Shown piece by piece: positions 1 through 17,200 of a stretch of 64,000 bases of DNA; positions within the stretch are counted from its first letter, which is position 1, and each line of letters begins with the position of its first letter. A program made the translations under genes and the position numbers. The stretch is from contig OZ024747.1 in assembly GCA_964016885.1 (NCBI GenBank), positions 61,132,001 through 61,196,000 on the forward strand, in the 5' to 3' direction. Source of the DNA: Eledone cirrhosa (taxonomy: Eukaryota). Below the pieces are notes generated by a model. The model ran no database searches. It was not told the origin of the DNA and saw only the letters and a list, made by a program, of their open reading frames with translations.

Positions 1-3000
1 ACATATATAGAGACATTAATATGAACATATACACATATATAGAGACACTGATATGAACATATACACATATATACAGACATTGATATGGACATATACACAT
101 ATATAGAGACATTGATATGAACATATACACATATATAGAGACACTGATATGGACATATACACATATATAGAGACACTGATATGGACATATACATATATAT
201 AGAGACACTAATATGAACATATACACATATATAGAGACACTGATATGAACATATACACATATATACAGACATTGATATGGACATATACACATATATAGAG
301 ACATTGATATGAACATATACACATATATAGAGACACTGATATGGACATATACACATATATAGAGACACTGATATGGACATATACATATATATAGAGACAC
401 TAATATGAACATATACACATATATAGAGACACTGATATATACATATACACATATATACAGACATTGATATGGACATATACACATATATAGAGACATTGAT
501 ATGAACATATACACATATATAGAGACACTGATATGGACATATACACATATATAGAGACACTGATATTAACATATACACATATATAGAGACATTGATATGG
601 ACATATACACATATATAGAGACATGGATATGGACTTATACACATATATAGAGACATTGATATGGACATATACACATATATAGAGACATTGATATGGACAT
701 AAACACATATATAGAGTCATTGATATGAACATAGACACATATACAGACACACTTATATGAACATATACACATATATATAGACATTGATATGGACATATAC
801 ACCCATGCATGCGTGGAACAGGGACGTTAAACGATGATGATGATGATAATGATGACACATATATAGAGACATTAATATGAACATATATACATATATAGAG
901 ACATTGATATGAACATGTACACATACATAGAAACACTGATATGAACATATACACATATATAGAGACACTGATATGAACATATACACATATATAGAGACAT
1001 TGATGTGGACATATACACATATATAGAGACACTGATATGGACATATACACCCATGCAAGCGTGGAACAGGGACGTTAAACGATGATGATGATGATGATGA
1101 TGATGACACATATATAGAGACATTAATATGAACATATATACATATATAGAGACATTGATATGAACATATACACATACATAGAAACACTGATATGACATAT
1201 ACACATATATAGAGACACTGATATGGACATATACATATATATAGAGACAATAATATGAACATATACACATATATAGAGACACTAATATGAACATATACAC
1301 ACATATAGAGACATTGATATGTACATATACACATATATAGAGACATTGATATGAACATATACACATATATACAGACATTGATATGGACATATACACATAT
1401 ATACAGACATTGATATGAACATATACACATATATAGAGACACTATGGACATATACACATACATAGAGACACTGATATGGACATATACACATATATAGAGA
1501 CATTAATATGAACATATACACATATACAGAGACACTAATATGAACATATACACATATACAGAGACACTAATATGAACATATACACATATATACAGACATT
1601 GATATGGACATATACACATATATAGACACTGATATGGACATATACACATATATAGAGACACTAATATGAACATATACACATATACAGAGACACTAATATG
1701 AACATATACACATATATACAGACATTGATATGGAGATATACACATATATAGAGACACAGATATGGACATATACACCCATGCAAGCGTGGAACAGGGACGT
1801 TAAACGATGATGATGATGATGATGACACATATATAGAGACATTGATATGAACATATACACATACATAGAAACACTGATATGACAAATACACATATATAGA
1901 GACACTGATATGAACATATACACATATATAGAAACACTGATATGAACATATACACATATATAGAGACACTGATATGGACATATACACATATATAGAGACA
2001 TTGATATGAACATATACACATATATACAGACATTGATATGGACATATACACATATAGAGAGACACTGATATGGACATATACACATATATAGAGACATTGA
2101 TATGAACATATACACATATACAGAGACACTGATATGAACATATACACATATATACAGACATTGATATGAACATATACACATATATAGAGACACTATGGAC
2201 ATATACACATACATATAGACACTGATATGGACATATACACATATATAGAGACATTAATATGAACACATACACATATATAGAGACACTGATATGGACATAT
2301 ACACATATATAGAGACACTAATATGAACATATACACATATATAGAGACACTGATATGGACATATACACATATATAGAGACATTGATATGAACATATACAC
2401 ATATACAGAGACACTGATATGAACATATACACATATATACAGACATTGATATGGACATATACACATATATAGAGACACTGATATGGACATATACACCCAT
2501 GCAAGCGTGGAACAGGGACGTTAAACGATGATGATGATGATGATGACACATATATAGAGACATTAATATGAACATATATACATATATAGAGACATTGATA
2601 TGAACATATACACATACATAGAAACACTGATATGACATATACACATATATAGAGACACTGATATGGACATATACGTATATATAGATACACTAATATGAAC
2701 ATATACACATATATAGAAACACTGATATGAACATATACACATATAGAGACATTGATGTGGACATATACACATATATAGAGACACTAATATGAACATATAC
2801 ACATATATAGAGACACTAATATGAACATATACACATATATAGAGACATTGATATGGACATATACACATATATAGAGACATTGATATGAACATATACACAT
2901 ATATACAGACATTGATGTGGACATATACACATATATAGAGACACTGATATGGACATATACACCCATGCAAGCGTGGAACAGGGACGTTAAACGATGATGA

Positions 3001-4419
3001 TGATGATGACACATATATAGAGACACTAATATGAACATATACACATATATAGAGACATTGATATGGACATATACACATATATAGAGGCATTGATATGAAC
3101 GTATACATATATACAGAGACACTGATATGAACATATACACATATACAGAGACACTGATATGAACATATACACATATATACAGACATCGATATGGACATAT
3201 ACACATATATAGAGACACTGATATGGACATATACACCCATGCAAGCGTGGAACAGGGACGTTAAACGATGATGATGATGATGATGACACATATATAGAGA
3301 CACTAATATAAACATATACACATATATAGAGACACTGATATGGACATATACACATATATAGAGACATTGATATGAACATATACACATATACAGAGACACT
3401 GATATGAACATATACACATATATACAGACATTGATATGGACATATACACAAATATAGAGACACTGATATGGACATATAGACCCATGCAAGCGTGGAACAG
3501 GGACGTTAAACGATGATGATGATGATGATGACACATATATAGACATTAATATGAACATATATACATATATAGAGACATTGATATGAACATATACATATAC
3601 ATAGAAACACTGATATGACATATACACATATATAGAGACACTGATATGGACATATACATATATATAGAGACACTAATATGAACATATACACATATATAGA
3701 AACACTGATATGAACATATACACATATATAGAGACATTGATATGAACATATACACATATATAGAGACACTGATATGGACATATACACATATATAGAGACA
3801 TTGATATGAACATATACACATATACAGAGACACTGATATGAACATATACACATATTGATATGGACATATACACATATATAGAGACACTGATATGGACATA
3901 TACACCCATGCAAGCGTGGAACAGGGACGTTAAACGATGATGATGATGATGATGACACATATATAGAGACACTAATATGAACATATACACATATTTAGAG
4001 ACACTATGGACATATACACATACATAGAGACACTGATATGGACATATACACATATATACAGACATTAATATGAATATATACACATATATAGAGACATTGA
4101 TATGAACATATACACATATACAGAGACACTGATATGAACATATACACAGATATACAGACATTGATCTGGACATATACACATATATAGAGACGTTGATATG
4201 AACATATACACATATTTAGAGACACTATGGACATATACACATACATAGAGACACTGATATGGACATATACACATATATACAGACGTTAATATGAATATAT
4301 ACACATATATAGAGACATTGATATGAACATATACACATATACAGAGACACTGATATGAACATATACACATATATACAGACATTGATATGGACATATACAC
4401 ATATATAGAGACATTGATA

Positions 4420-6200
4420 TGAACATATACACATATATAGAGACACTATGGACATATACACATACATAGAGACACTGATATGGACATATACACATATATA
4501 GAGACATTAATATGAACATATACACATATACAGAGACACTAATATGAACATATACACATATACAGAGACACTAATATGAACATATACACATATATACAGA
4601 CATTGATATGGACATATACACATATATAGACACTGATATGGACATATACACATATATAGAGACACTAATATGAACATATACACATATACAGAGACACTAA
4701 TATGAACATATACACATATATACAGACATTGATATGGAGATATACACATATATAGAGACACTGATATGGACATATACACCCATGCAAGCGTGGAACAGGG
4801 ACGTTAAACGATGATGATGATGATGATGACGATGACACATATATAGAGACATTGATATGAACATATACACATACATAGAAACACTGATATGACAAATACA
4901 CATATATAGAGACACTGATATGAACATATACACATATATAGAAACACTGATATGAACATATACACATATATAGAGACACTGATATGGACATATACACATA
5001 TATAGAGACATTGATATGAACATATACACATATATACAGACATTGATATGGACATATACACATATAGAGAGACACTGATATGGACATATACACATATATA
5101 GAGACATTGATATGAACATATACACATATACAGAGACACTGATATGAACATATACACATATATACAGACATTGATATGAACATATACACATATATAGAGA
5201 CACTATGGACATATACACATACATAGAGACACTGATATGGACATATACACATATATAGAGACATTAATATGAACACATACACATATATAGAGACACTGAT
5301 ATGGACATATACACATATATAGAGACACTATGGACATATACACATACATAGAGACACTGATATGGACATATACACATATATAGAGACATTAATATGAACA
5401 TATACACATATACAGAGACACTAATATGAACATATACACATATACAGAGACACTAATATGAACATATACACATATATACAGACATTGATATGGACATATA
5501 CACATATATAGACACTGATATGGACATATACACATATATAGAGACACTAATATGAACATATACACATATACAGAGACACTAATATGAACATATACACATA
5601 TATACAGACATTGATATGGAGATATACACATATATAGAGACACTGATATGGACATATACACCCATGCAAGCGGGGAACAGGGACGTTAAACGATGATGAT
5701 GATGATGATGACGATGACACATATATAGAGACATTGATATGAACATATACACATACATAGAAACACTGATATGACAAATACACATATATAGAGACACTGA
5801 TATGAACATATACACATATATAGAAACACTGATATGAACATATACACATATATAGAGACACTGATATGGACATATACACATATATAGAGACATTGATATG
5901 AACATATACACATATATACAGACATTGATATGGACATATACACATATAGAGAGACACTGATATGGACATATACACATATATAGAGACATTGATATGAACA
6001 TATACACATATACAGAGACACTGATATGAACATATACACATATATACAGACATTGATATGAACATATACACATATATAGAGACACTATGGACATATACAC
6101 ATACATAGAGACACTGATATGGACATATACACATATATAGAGACATTAATATGAACACATACACATATATAGAGACACTGATATGGACATATACACATAT
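4420..6200. repeat. 882-bp tandem higher-order duplication within the satellite (approximate bounds)
   Basis: Matching ORF-track translations recur at +882 (4507/5389, 4665/5547, 4804/5686). Confidence 0.85.
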
Positions 6201-6884
6201 ATAGAGACACTAATATGAACATATACACATATATAGAGACACTGATATGGACATATACACATATATAGAGACATTGATATGAACATATACACATATACAG
6301 AGACACTGATATGAACATATACACATATATACAGACATTGATATGGACATATACACATATATAGAGACACTGATATGGACATATACACCCATGCAAGCGT
6401 GGAACAGGGACGTTAAACGATGATGATGATGATGATGACACATATATAGAGACATTAATATGAACATATATACATATATAGAGACATTGATATGAACATA
6501 TACACATACATAGAAACACTGATATGACATATACACATATATAGAGACACTGATATGGACATATACGTATATATAGAGACACTAATATGAACATATACAC
6601 ATATATAGAAACACTGATATGAACATATACACATATAGAGACATTGATGTGGACATATACACATATATAGAGACACTAATATGAACATATACACATATAT
6701 AGAGACACTAATATGAACATATACACATATATAGAGACATTGATATGGACATATACACATATATAGAGACATTGATATGAACATATACACATATATACAG
6801 ACATTGATGTGGACATATACACATATATAGAGACACTGATATGGACATATACACCCATGCAAGCGTGGAACAGGGACGTTAAAC

Positions 6885-6916
<32 letters not shown>

Positions 6917-9140
6917 CACATATATAGAGACACTAATATAAACATATACACATATATAGAGACACTGATATGGACATATACACATATATAGAGACATTGA
7001 TATGAACATATACACATATACAGAGACACTGATATGAACATATACACATATATACAGACATTGATATGGACATATACACAAATATAGAGACACTGATATG
7101 GACATATAGACCCATGCAAGCGTGGAACAGGGACGTTAAACGATGATGATGATGATGATGACACATATATAGACATTAATATGAACATATATACATATAT
7201 AGAGACATTGATATGAACATATACACATACATAGAAACACTGATATGACATATACACATATATAGAGACACTGATATGGACATATACATATATATAGAGA
7301 CACTAATATGAACATATACACATATATAGAAACACTGATATGAACATATACACATATATAGAGACATTGAGATGAACATATACACATATATAGAGACACT
7401 AATATGAACATATACACATATATAGAGACACTGATATGGACATATACACATATATAGAGACATTGATATGAACATATACACATATACAGAGACACTGATA
7501 TGAACATATACACATATATACAGACATTGATATGGACATATACACATATATAGAGACACTGATATGGACATATACACCCATGCAAGCGTGGAACAGGGAC
7601 TTTAAACGATGATGATGATGATGATGACACATATATAGAGACACTAATATGAACATATACACATATTTAGAGACACTATGGACATATACACATACATAGA
7701 GACACTGATATGGACATATACACATATATACAGACATTAATATGAATATATACACATATATAGAGACATTGATATGAACATATACACATATACAGAGACA
7801 CTGATATGAACATATACACAGATATACAGACATTGATCTGGACATATACACATATATAGAGACATTGATATGAACATATACACATATTTAGAGACACTAT
7901 GGACATATACACATACATAGAGACACTGATATGGACATATACACATATATACAGACGTTAATATGAATATATACACATATATAGAGACATTGATATGAAC
8001 ATATACACATACATAGAAACACTGATATGACAAATACACATATATAGAGACACTGATATGAACATATACACATATATAGAAACACTGATATGAACATATA
8101 CACATATATAGAGACACTGATATGGACATATACACATATATAGAGACATTGATATGAACATATACACATATATACAGACATTGATATGGACATATACACA
8201 TATAGAGAGACACTGATATGGACATATACACATATATAGAGACATTGATATGAACATATACACATATACAGAGACACTGATATGAACATATACACATATA
8301 TACAGACATTGATATGAACATATACACATATATAGAGACACTATGGACATATACACATACATAGAGACACTGATATGGACATATACACATATATAGAGAC
8401 ATTAATATGAACACATACACATATATAGAGACACTGATATGGACATATACACATATATAGAGACACTAATATGAACATATACACATATATAGAGACACTG
8501 ATATGGACATATACACATATATAGAGACATTGATATGAACATATACACATATACAGAGACACTGATATGAACATATACACATATATACAGACATTGATAT
8601 GGACATATACACATATATAGAGACACTGATATGGACATATACACCCATGCAAGCGTGGAACAGGGACGTTAAACGATGATGATGATGATGATGACACATA
8701 TATAGAGACATTAATATGAACATATATACATATATAGAGACATTGATATGAACATATACACATACATAGAAACACTGATATGACATATACACATATATAG
8801 AGACACTGATATGGACATATACGTATATATAGAGACACTAATATGAACATATACACATATATAGAAACACTGATATGAACATATACACATATAGAGACAT
8901 TGATGTGGACATATACACATATATAGAGACACTAATATGAACATATACACATATATAGAGACACTAATATGAACATATACACATATATAGAGACATTGAT
9001 ATGGACATATACACATATATAGAGACATTGATATGAACATATACACATATATACAGACATTGATGTGGACATATACACATATATAGAGACACTGATATGG
9101 ACATATACACCCATGCAAGCGTGGAACAGGGACGTTAAAC

Positions 9141-9172
<32 letters not shown>

Positions 9173-10250
9173 CACATATATAGAGACACTAATATAAACA
9201 TATACACATATATAGAGACACTGATATGGACATATACACATATATAGAGACATTGATATGAACATATACACATATACAGAGACACTGATATGAACATATA
9301 CACATATATACAGACATTGATATGGACATATACACAAATATAGAGACACTGATATGGACATATAGACCCATGCAAGCGTGGAACAGGGACGTTAAACGAT
9401 GATGATGATGATGATGACACATATATAGACATTAATATGAACATATATACATATATAGAGACATTGATATGAACATATACACATACATAGAAACACTGAT
9501 ATGACATATACACATATATAGAGACACTGATATGGACATATACATATATATAGAGACACTAATATGAACATATACACATATATAGAAACACTGATATGAA
9601 CATATACACATATATAGAGACATTGAGATGAACATATACACATATATAGAGACACTAATATGAACATATACACATATATAGAGACACTGATATGGACATA
9701 TACACATATATAGAGACATTGATATGAACATATACACATATACAGAGACACTGATATGAACATATACACATATATACAGACATTGATATGGACATATACA
9801 CATATATAGAGACACTGATATGGACATATACACCCATGCAAGCGTGGAACAGGGACTTTAAACGATGATGATGATGATGATGACACATATATAGAGACAC
9901 TAATATGAACATATACACATATTTAGAGACACTATGGACATATACACATACATAGAGACACTGATATGGACATATACACATATATACAGACATTAATATG
10001 AATATATACACATATATAGAGACATTGATAAGAACATATACACATATACAGAGACACTGATATGAACATATACACAGATATACAGACATTGATCTGGACA
10101 TATACACATATATAGAGACATTGATATGAACATATACACATATTTAGAGACACTATGGACATATACACATACATAGAGACACTGATATGGACATATACAC
10201 ATATATACAGACGTTAATATGAATATATACACATATATAGAGACATTGAT
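5720..10250. repeat. 2256-bp tandem higher-order duplication (approximate bounds)
   Basis: Offset +2256 for 6085/8341, 6455/8711, 7136/9392, 7676/9932. The rare cassette variant GGGACTTTAAAC occurs at both ~7577 and ~9833. Confidence 0.88.
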
Positions 10251-11289
10251 ATGAACATATACACATATACAGAGACACTGATATGAACATATACACATAT
10301 ATACAGACATTGATATGGACATATACACATATATAGAGACATTGATATGAACATATACACATATATAGAGACACTATGGACATATACACATACATAGAGA
10401 CACTGATATGGACATATACACATATATAGAGACATTAATATGAATACATACACATATATAAAGACATTGATATGAACATAGACACATATACAGAGACACT
10501 TATATCAACATATACACATATATATAGACATTGATATGGACATATACACCCATGCATGCGTAGAACATGGACGTTAAACGATGATGATGATGATAATGAT
10601 GACACATATATAGAGACATTAATATGAACATATATACATATATAGAGACATTGATATGGACATATACACATATATAGAGACACTGATATGGACATATACA
10701 CATATATAGAGACACTAATATGAACATATACACATATATAGAGACACTAATATGAACATATACACATATATAGAGACATTGATATGGACATATACACATA
10801 TATAGAGACATTGATATGAACATATACACATATATAGAGACATTGATGTGGACATATACACATATATAGAGACACTGATATGGACATATAGACCCATGCA
10901 AGCGTGGAACAGGGACGTTAAACGATGATGATGATGATGATGATGATGACACATATATAGAGACATTAATATGAACATATATACATATATAGAGACATTG
11001 ATATGAACATATACACATACATAGAAACACTGATATGACATATACACATATATAGAGACACTGATATGGACATATACATATATATAGAGACAATAATATG
11101 AACATATACACATATATAGAGACACTAATATGAACATATACACATATATAGAGACATTGATATGGACATATACACATATATAGAGACATTGATATGAACA
11201 TATACACATATACAGAGACACTGATATGAACATATACACATATATACAGACATTGATATGGACATATACACATATATACAGACATTGAT

Positions 11290-14200
11290 ATGAACATATA
11301 CACATATATAGAGACACTATGGACATATACACATACATAGAGACACTGATATGGACATATACACATATATAGAGACATTAATATGAACATATACACATAT
11401 ACAGAGACACTAATATGAACATATACACATATACAGAGACACTAATATGAACATATACACATATATACAGACATTGATATGGACATATACACATATATAG
11501 AGACACTGATATGGACATATACACATATATAGAGACACTAATATGAACATATACACATATACAGAGACACTAATATGAACATATACACATATATACAGAC
11601 ATTGATATGGACATATACACATATATAGAGACACTGATATGGACATATACACCCATGCAAGCGTGGAACAGGGACGTTAAACGATGATGATGATGATGAT
11701 GATGATGACACATATATAGAGACATTGATATGAACATATACACATACATAGAAACACTGATATGACATATACACATATATAGAGACACTGATATGGACAT
11801 ATACATAAATATAGAGACACTAATATGAACATATACACATATATAGAAACACTGATATGAACATATACACATATATAGAGACATTGATATGAACATATAC
11901 ACATATATAGAGACACTAATATGAACATATACACATATATAGAGACATTGATATGAACATATACACATATACAGAGACACTGATATGAACATATACACAT
12001 ATATACAGACATCGATATGGACATATACACATATATAGAGACACAGATATAGACATTGATATGGACATATACACCCATGCAAGCGTGGAACAGGGATGTT
12101 AAACGATGATGATGATGATGATGATGATGATGACACATATATAGAGACATTAATATGAACATATATACATATATAGAGACATTGATATAACATATACACA
12201 TATATAGAGACACTGATATGGACATATACATATATATAGAGACACTAATATGAACATATACACACATATAGAGACATTGATATGTACATATACACATATA
12301 TAGAGACATTGATATGAACATATACACATATATACAGACATTGATATGGACATATACACATATATACAGACATTGATATGAACATATACACATATATAGA
12401 GACACTATGGATATATACACATACATAGAGACACTGATATGGACATATACACATATATAGAGACATTAATATGAACATATACACATATACAGAGACACTA
12501 ATATGAACATATACACATATACAGAGACACTAATATGAACATATACACATATATACAGACATTGATATGGACATATACACATATATAGAGACACTGATAT
12601 GGACATATACACCCATGCAAGCGTGGAACAGGGACGTTAAACGATGATGATGATGATGATGACGATGACACATATATAGAGACATTGATATGAACATATA
12701 CACATACATAGAAACACTGATATGACAAATACACATATATAGAGACACTGATATGAACATATACACATATATAGAAACACTGATATGAACATATACACAT
12801 ATATAGAGACATTGTTATGAACATATACACATATATAGAGACACTGATATGGACATATACACATATATAGAGACATTGATATGAACATATACACATAAAT
12901 ACAGATATTGATATGGACATATACACATATATAGAGACACTGATATGGACATATACACATATATAGAGACATTGATATGAACATATACACATATACAGAG
13001 ACACTGATATGAACATATACACATATATACAGACATTGATATGAACATATACACATTATAGAGACACTATGGACATATACACATACATAGAGACACTGAT
13101 ATGGACATATACACATATATAGAGACATTAATATGAACATATACACATATATAGAGACATTGATATGGACATATACACATATATAGAGACACTGATATGG
13201 ACATATACACATATATAGAGACACTGATATGGACATATACACATATATAGAGACACTAATATGAACATATACACATATATAGAAACACTGATATGAACAT
13301 ATACACATATATAGAGACATTGATATGGACATATACACATATATAGAGACATTGATATGAACATATACACATATACAGAGACACTGATATGAACATATAC
13401 ACATATATACAGACATTGATATGGACATATACACATATATAGAGACACTGATATGGACATATACACCCATGCAAGCGTGGAACAGGGATGTTAAACGATG
13501 ATGATGATGATGATGACACATATATAGAGACATTAATATGAACATATATACATATATAGAGACATTGATATGAACATATGCACATACATAGAAACACTGA
13601 TATGATATATACACATATATAGAGACACTGATATGGACATATACGTATATATAGAGACACTAATATGAACATATACACATATATAGAAACACTGATATGA
13701 ACATATATACATATATAGAGACATTGATATGAACATATACACATATATAGAGACATTGATATGAACATATACACATATAGAGACATTGATATGGACATAT
13801 ACACATATATAGAGACACTAATATGAACATATACACATATATAGAGACACTAATATGAACATATACACATATATAGAGACATTGATATGGACATATACAC
13901 ATATATAGAGACATTGATATGAACATATACACATATATACAGACATTGATGTGGACATATACACATATATAGAGACACTGATATGGACATATACACCCAT
14001 GCAAGCGTGGAACAGGGACGTTAAACGATGATGATGATGATGACACATATATAGAGACATTAATATGAACATATACACATATATAGAGACACTAATATGA
14101 ACATATACACATATATAGAGACATTGATATGGACATATACACATATATAGAGGCATTGATATGAACGTATACACATATACAGAGACACTGATATGAACAT

Positions 14201-17200
14201 ATACACATATACAGAGACATTGATATGAACATATACACATATATACAGACATCGATATGGACATATACACATATATAGAGACACTGATATGGACATATAC
14301 ACCCATGCAAGCGTGGAACAGGGACGTTAAACGATGATGATGATGATGACACATATATAGAGACACTAATATAAACATATACACATATATAGAGACATTG
14401 ATATGAACATATACACATATACAGAGACACTGATATGAACATATATACAGACATTGATATGGACATATACACATATATAGAGACACTGATATGGACATAT
14501 AGACCCATGCAAGCGTGGAACAGGGACGTTAAACGATGATGATGATGATGATGATGATGATGACACATATATAGACATTAATATGAACATATATACATAT
14601 ATAGAGACATTGATATGAACATATACACATACATAAAAACACTGATATGACATATACACATATATAGAGACACTGATATGGACATATACATATATATAGA
14701 GACACTAATATGAACATATACACATATATAGAAACACTGATATGAACATATACACATATATAGAGACATTGATATGAACATATACACATATACAGAGACA
14801 CTGATATGAACATATACACATATATACAGACATTGATATGGACATATACACATATATAGAGACACTGATATGGACATATACAACCATGCAAGCGTGGAAC
14901 AGGGACGTTAAACGATGATGATGATGATGATGATGATGACACATATATAGAGACACTAATATGAACATATACACATATTTAGAGACACTATGGACATATA
15001 CACATACATAGAGACACTGATATGGACATATACACATATATACAGACATTAATATGAATATATACACATATATAGAGACATTGATATGAACATATACACA
15101 TATACAGAGACACTGATATGAACATATACACAGATATACAGACATTGATATGGACATATACACATATATAGAGACATTGATATGAACATATACACATATT
15201 TAGAGACACTATGGACATATACACATACATAGAGACACTGATATGGACATATACACATATATACAGACATTAATATGAATATATACACATATATAGAGAC
15301 ATTGATATGAACATATACACATATACAGAGACACTGATATGAACATATACACATATATACAGACATTGATATGGACATATACACATATATAGAGACATTG
15401 ATATGAACATATACACATATATAGAGACACTATGGACATATACACATACATAGAGACACTGATATGGACATATACACATATATAGAGACATTAATATGAA
15501 TATATACATATATACAGAGACACTGATATGAACATATACACATATATACAGACATTGATATGGACATATACACATATATAGAGACACTGATATGGACATA
15601 TACACCCATGCAAGCGTGGAACAGGGACGTTGAACGATGATGATGACACATATATAGAGACACTAATATAAACATATACACATATATAGAGACACTGATA
15701 TGGACATATACACATATATAGAGACATTGATATGAACATATACACATATACAGAGACACTGATATGAACATATACACATATATACAGACATTGATATGGA
15801 CATATACACATATATAGAGACACTGATATGGACATATACACCCATGCAAGCGTGGAACAGGGACGTTGAACGATGATGATGATGATGATGACACATATAT
15901 AGACATTAATATGAACATATATACATATATAGAGACATTGATATGAACATATACACATACATAGATACACATATATAGAGACACTGATATGGACATATAC
16001 ATATATATAGACAGTAATATGAACATATACACATATATAGAGACATTGATATGAACATATACACATATATAGAGACACTAATATGAACATATACACATAT
16101 ATAGAGAGATTGATTGGGACATATACACATATATAGAGACATTGATATGAACATATTCACATATACAGAGACACTGATATGAACATATACACATATATAC
16201 AGACATTGATATGGACATATACACATATATAGAGACATTGATATGAACATATACACATATATAGAGACACTATGGACATATACACATACATAGAGACACT
16301 GATATGGACATATACACATATATAGAGACATTAATATGAACATATACACATATATAGAGACACTGATATGAACATATACACATATATACAGACATTGATA
16401 TGGACATATACACATATATAGAGACATTGATATGAACATATACACATATATAGAGACACTGATATGGACATATACACATATATAGAGACACTGATATGGA
16501 CATATACATATATATAGAGACACTAATATGAACATATACAGATATATAGAGACACTGATATGAACATATACACATATATACAGACATTGATATGGACATA
16601 TACACATATATAGAGACATTGATATGAACATATACACATATATAGAGACACTGATATGGACATATACACATATATAGAGACACTGATATGGACATATACA
16701 TATATATAGAGACACTAATATGAACATATACACATATATAGAGACACTGATATATACATATACACATATATACAGACATTGATATGGACATATACACATA
16801 TATAGAGACATTGATATGAACATATACACATATATAGAGACACTGATATGGACATATACACATATATAGAGACACTGATATTAACATATACACATATATA
16901 GAGACATTGATATGGACATATACACATATATAGAGACATGGATATGGACTTATACACATATATAGAGACATTGATATGGACATATACACATATATAGAGA
17001 CATTGATATGGACATATACACATATATAGAGACATTGATATGGACATAAACACATATATAGAGTCATTGATATGAACATAGACACATATACAGAGACACT
17101 TATATGAACATATACACATATATATAGACATTGATATGGACATATACACCCATGCATGCGTGGAACAGGGACGTTAAACGATGATGATGATGATAATGAT

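Noticed and set aside
1056-1072. Resemblance of CAAGCGTGGAACAGGGA to the CENP-B box CTTCGTTGGAAACGGGA
   Set aside because: 10/17 identity, but only 4 of the 9 essential positions (nTTCGnnnnAnnCGGGn) match and both box CpGs are missing in register. The sequence is explained by SINE origin.
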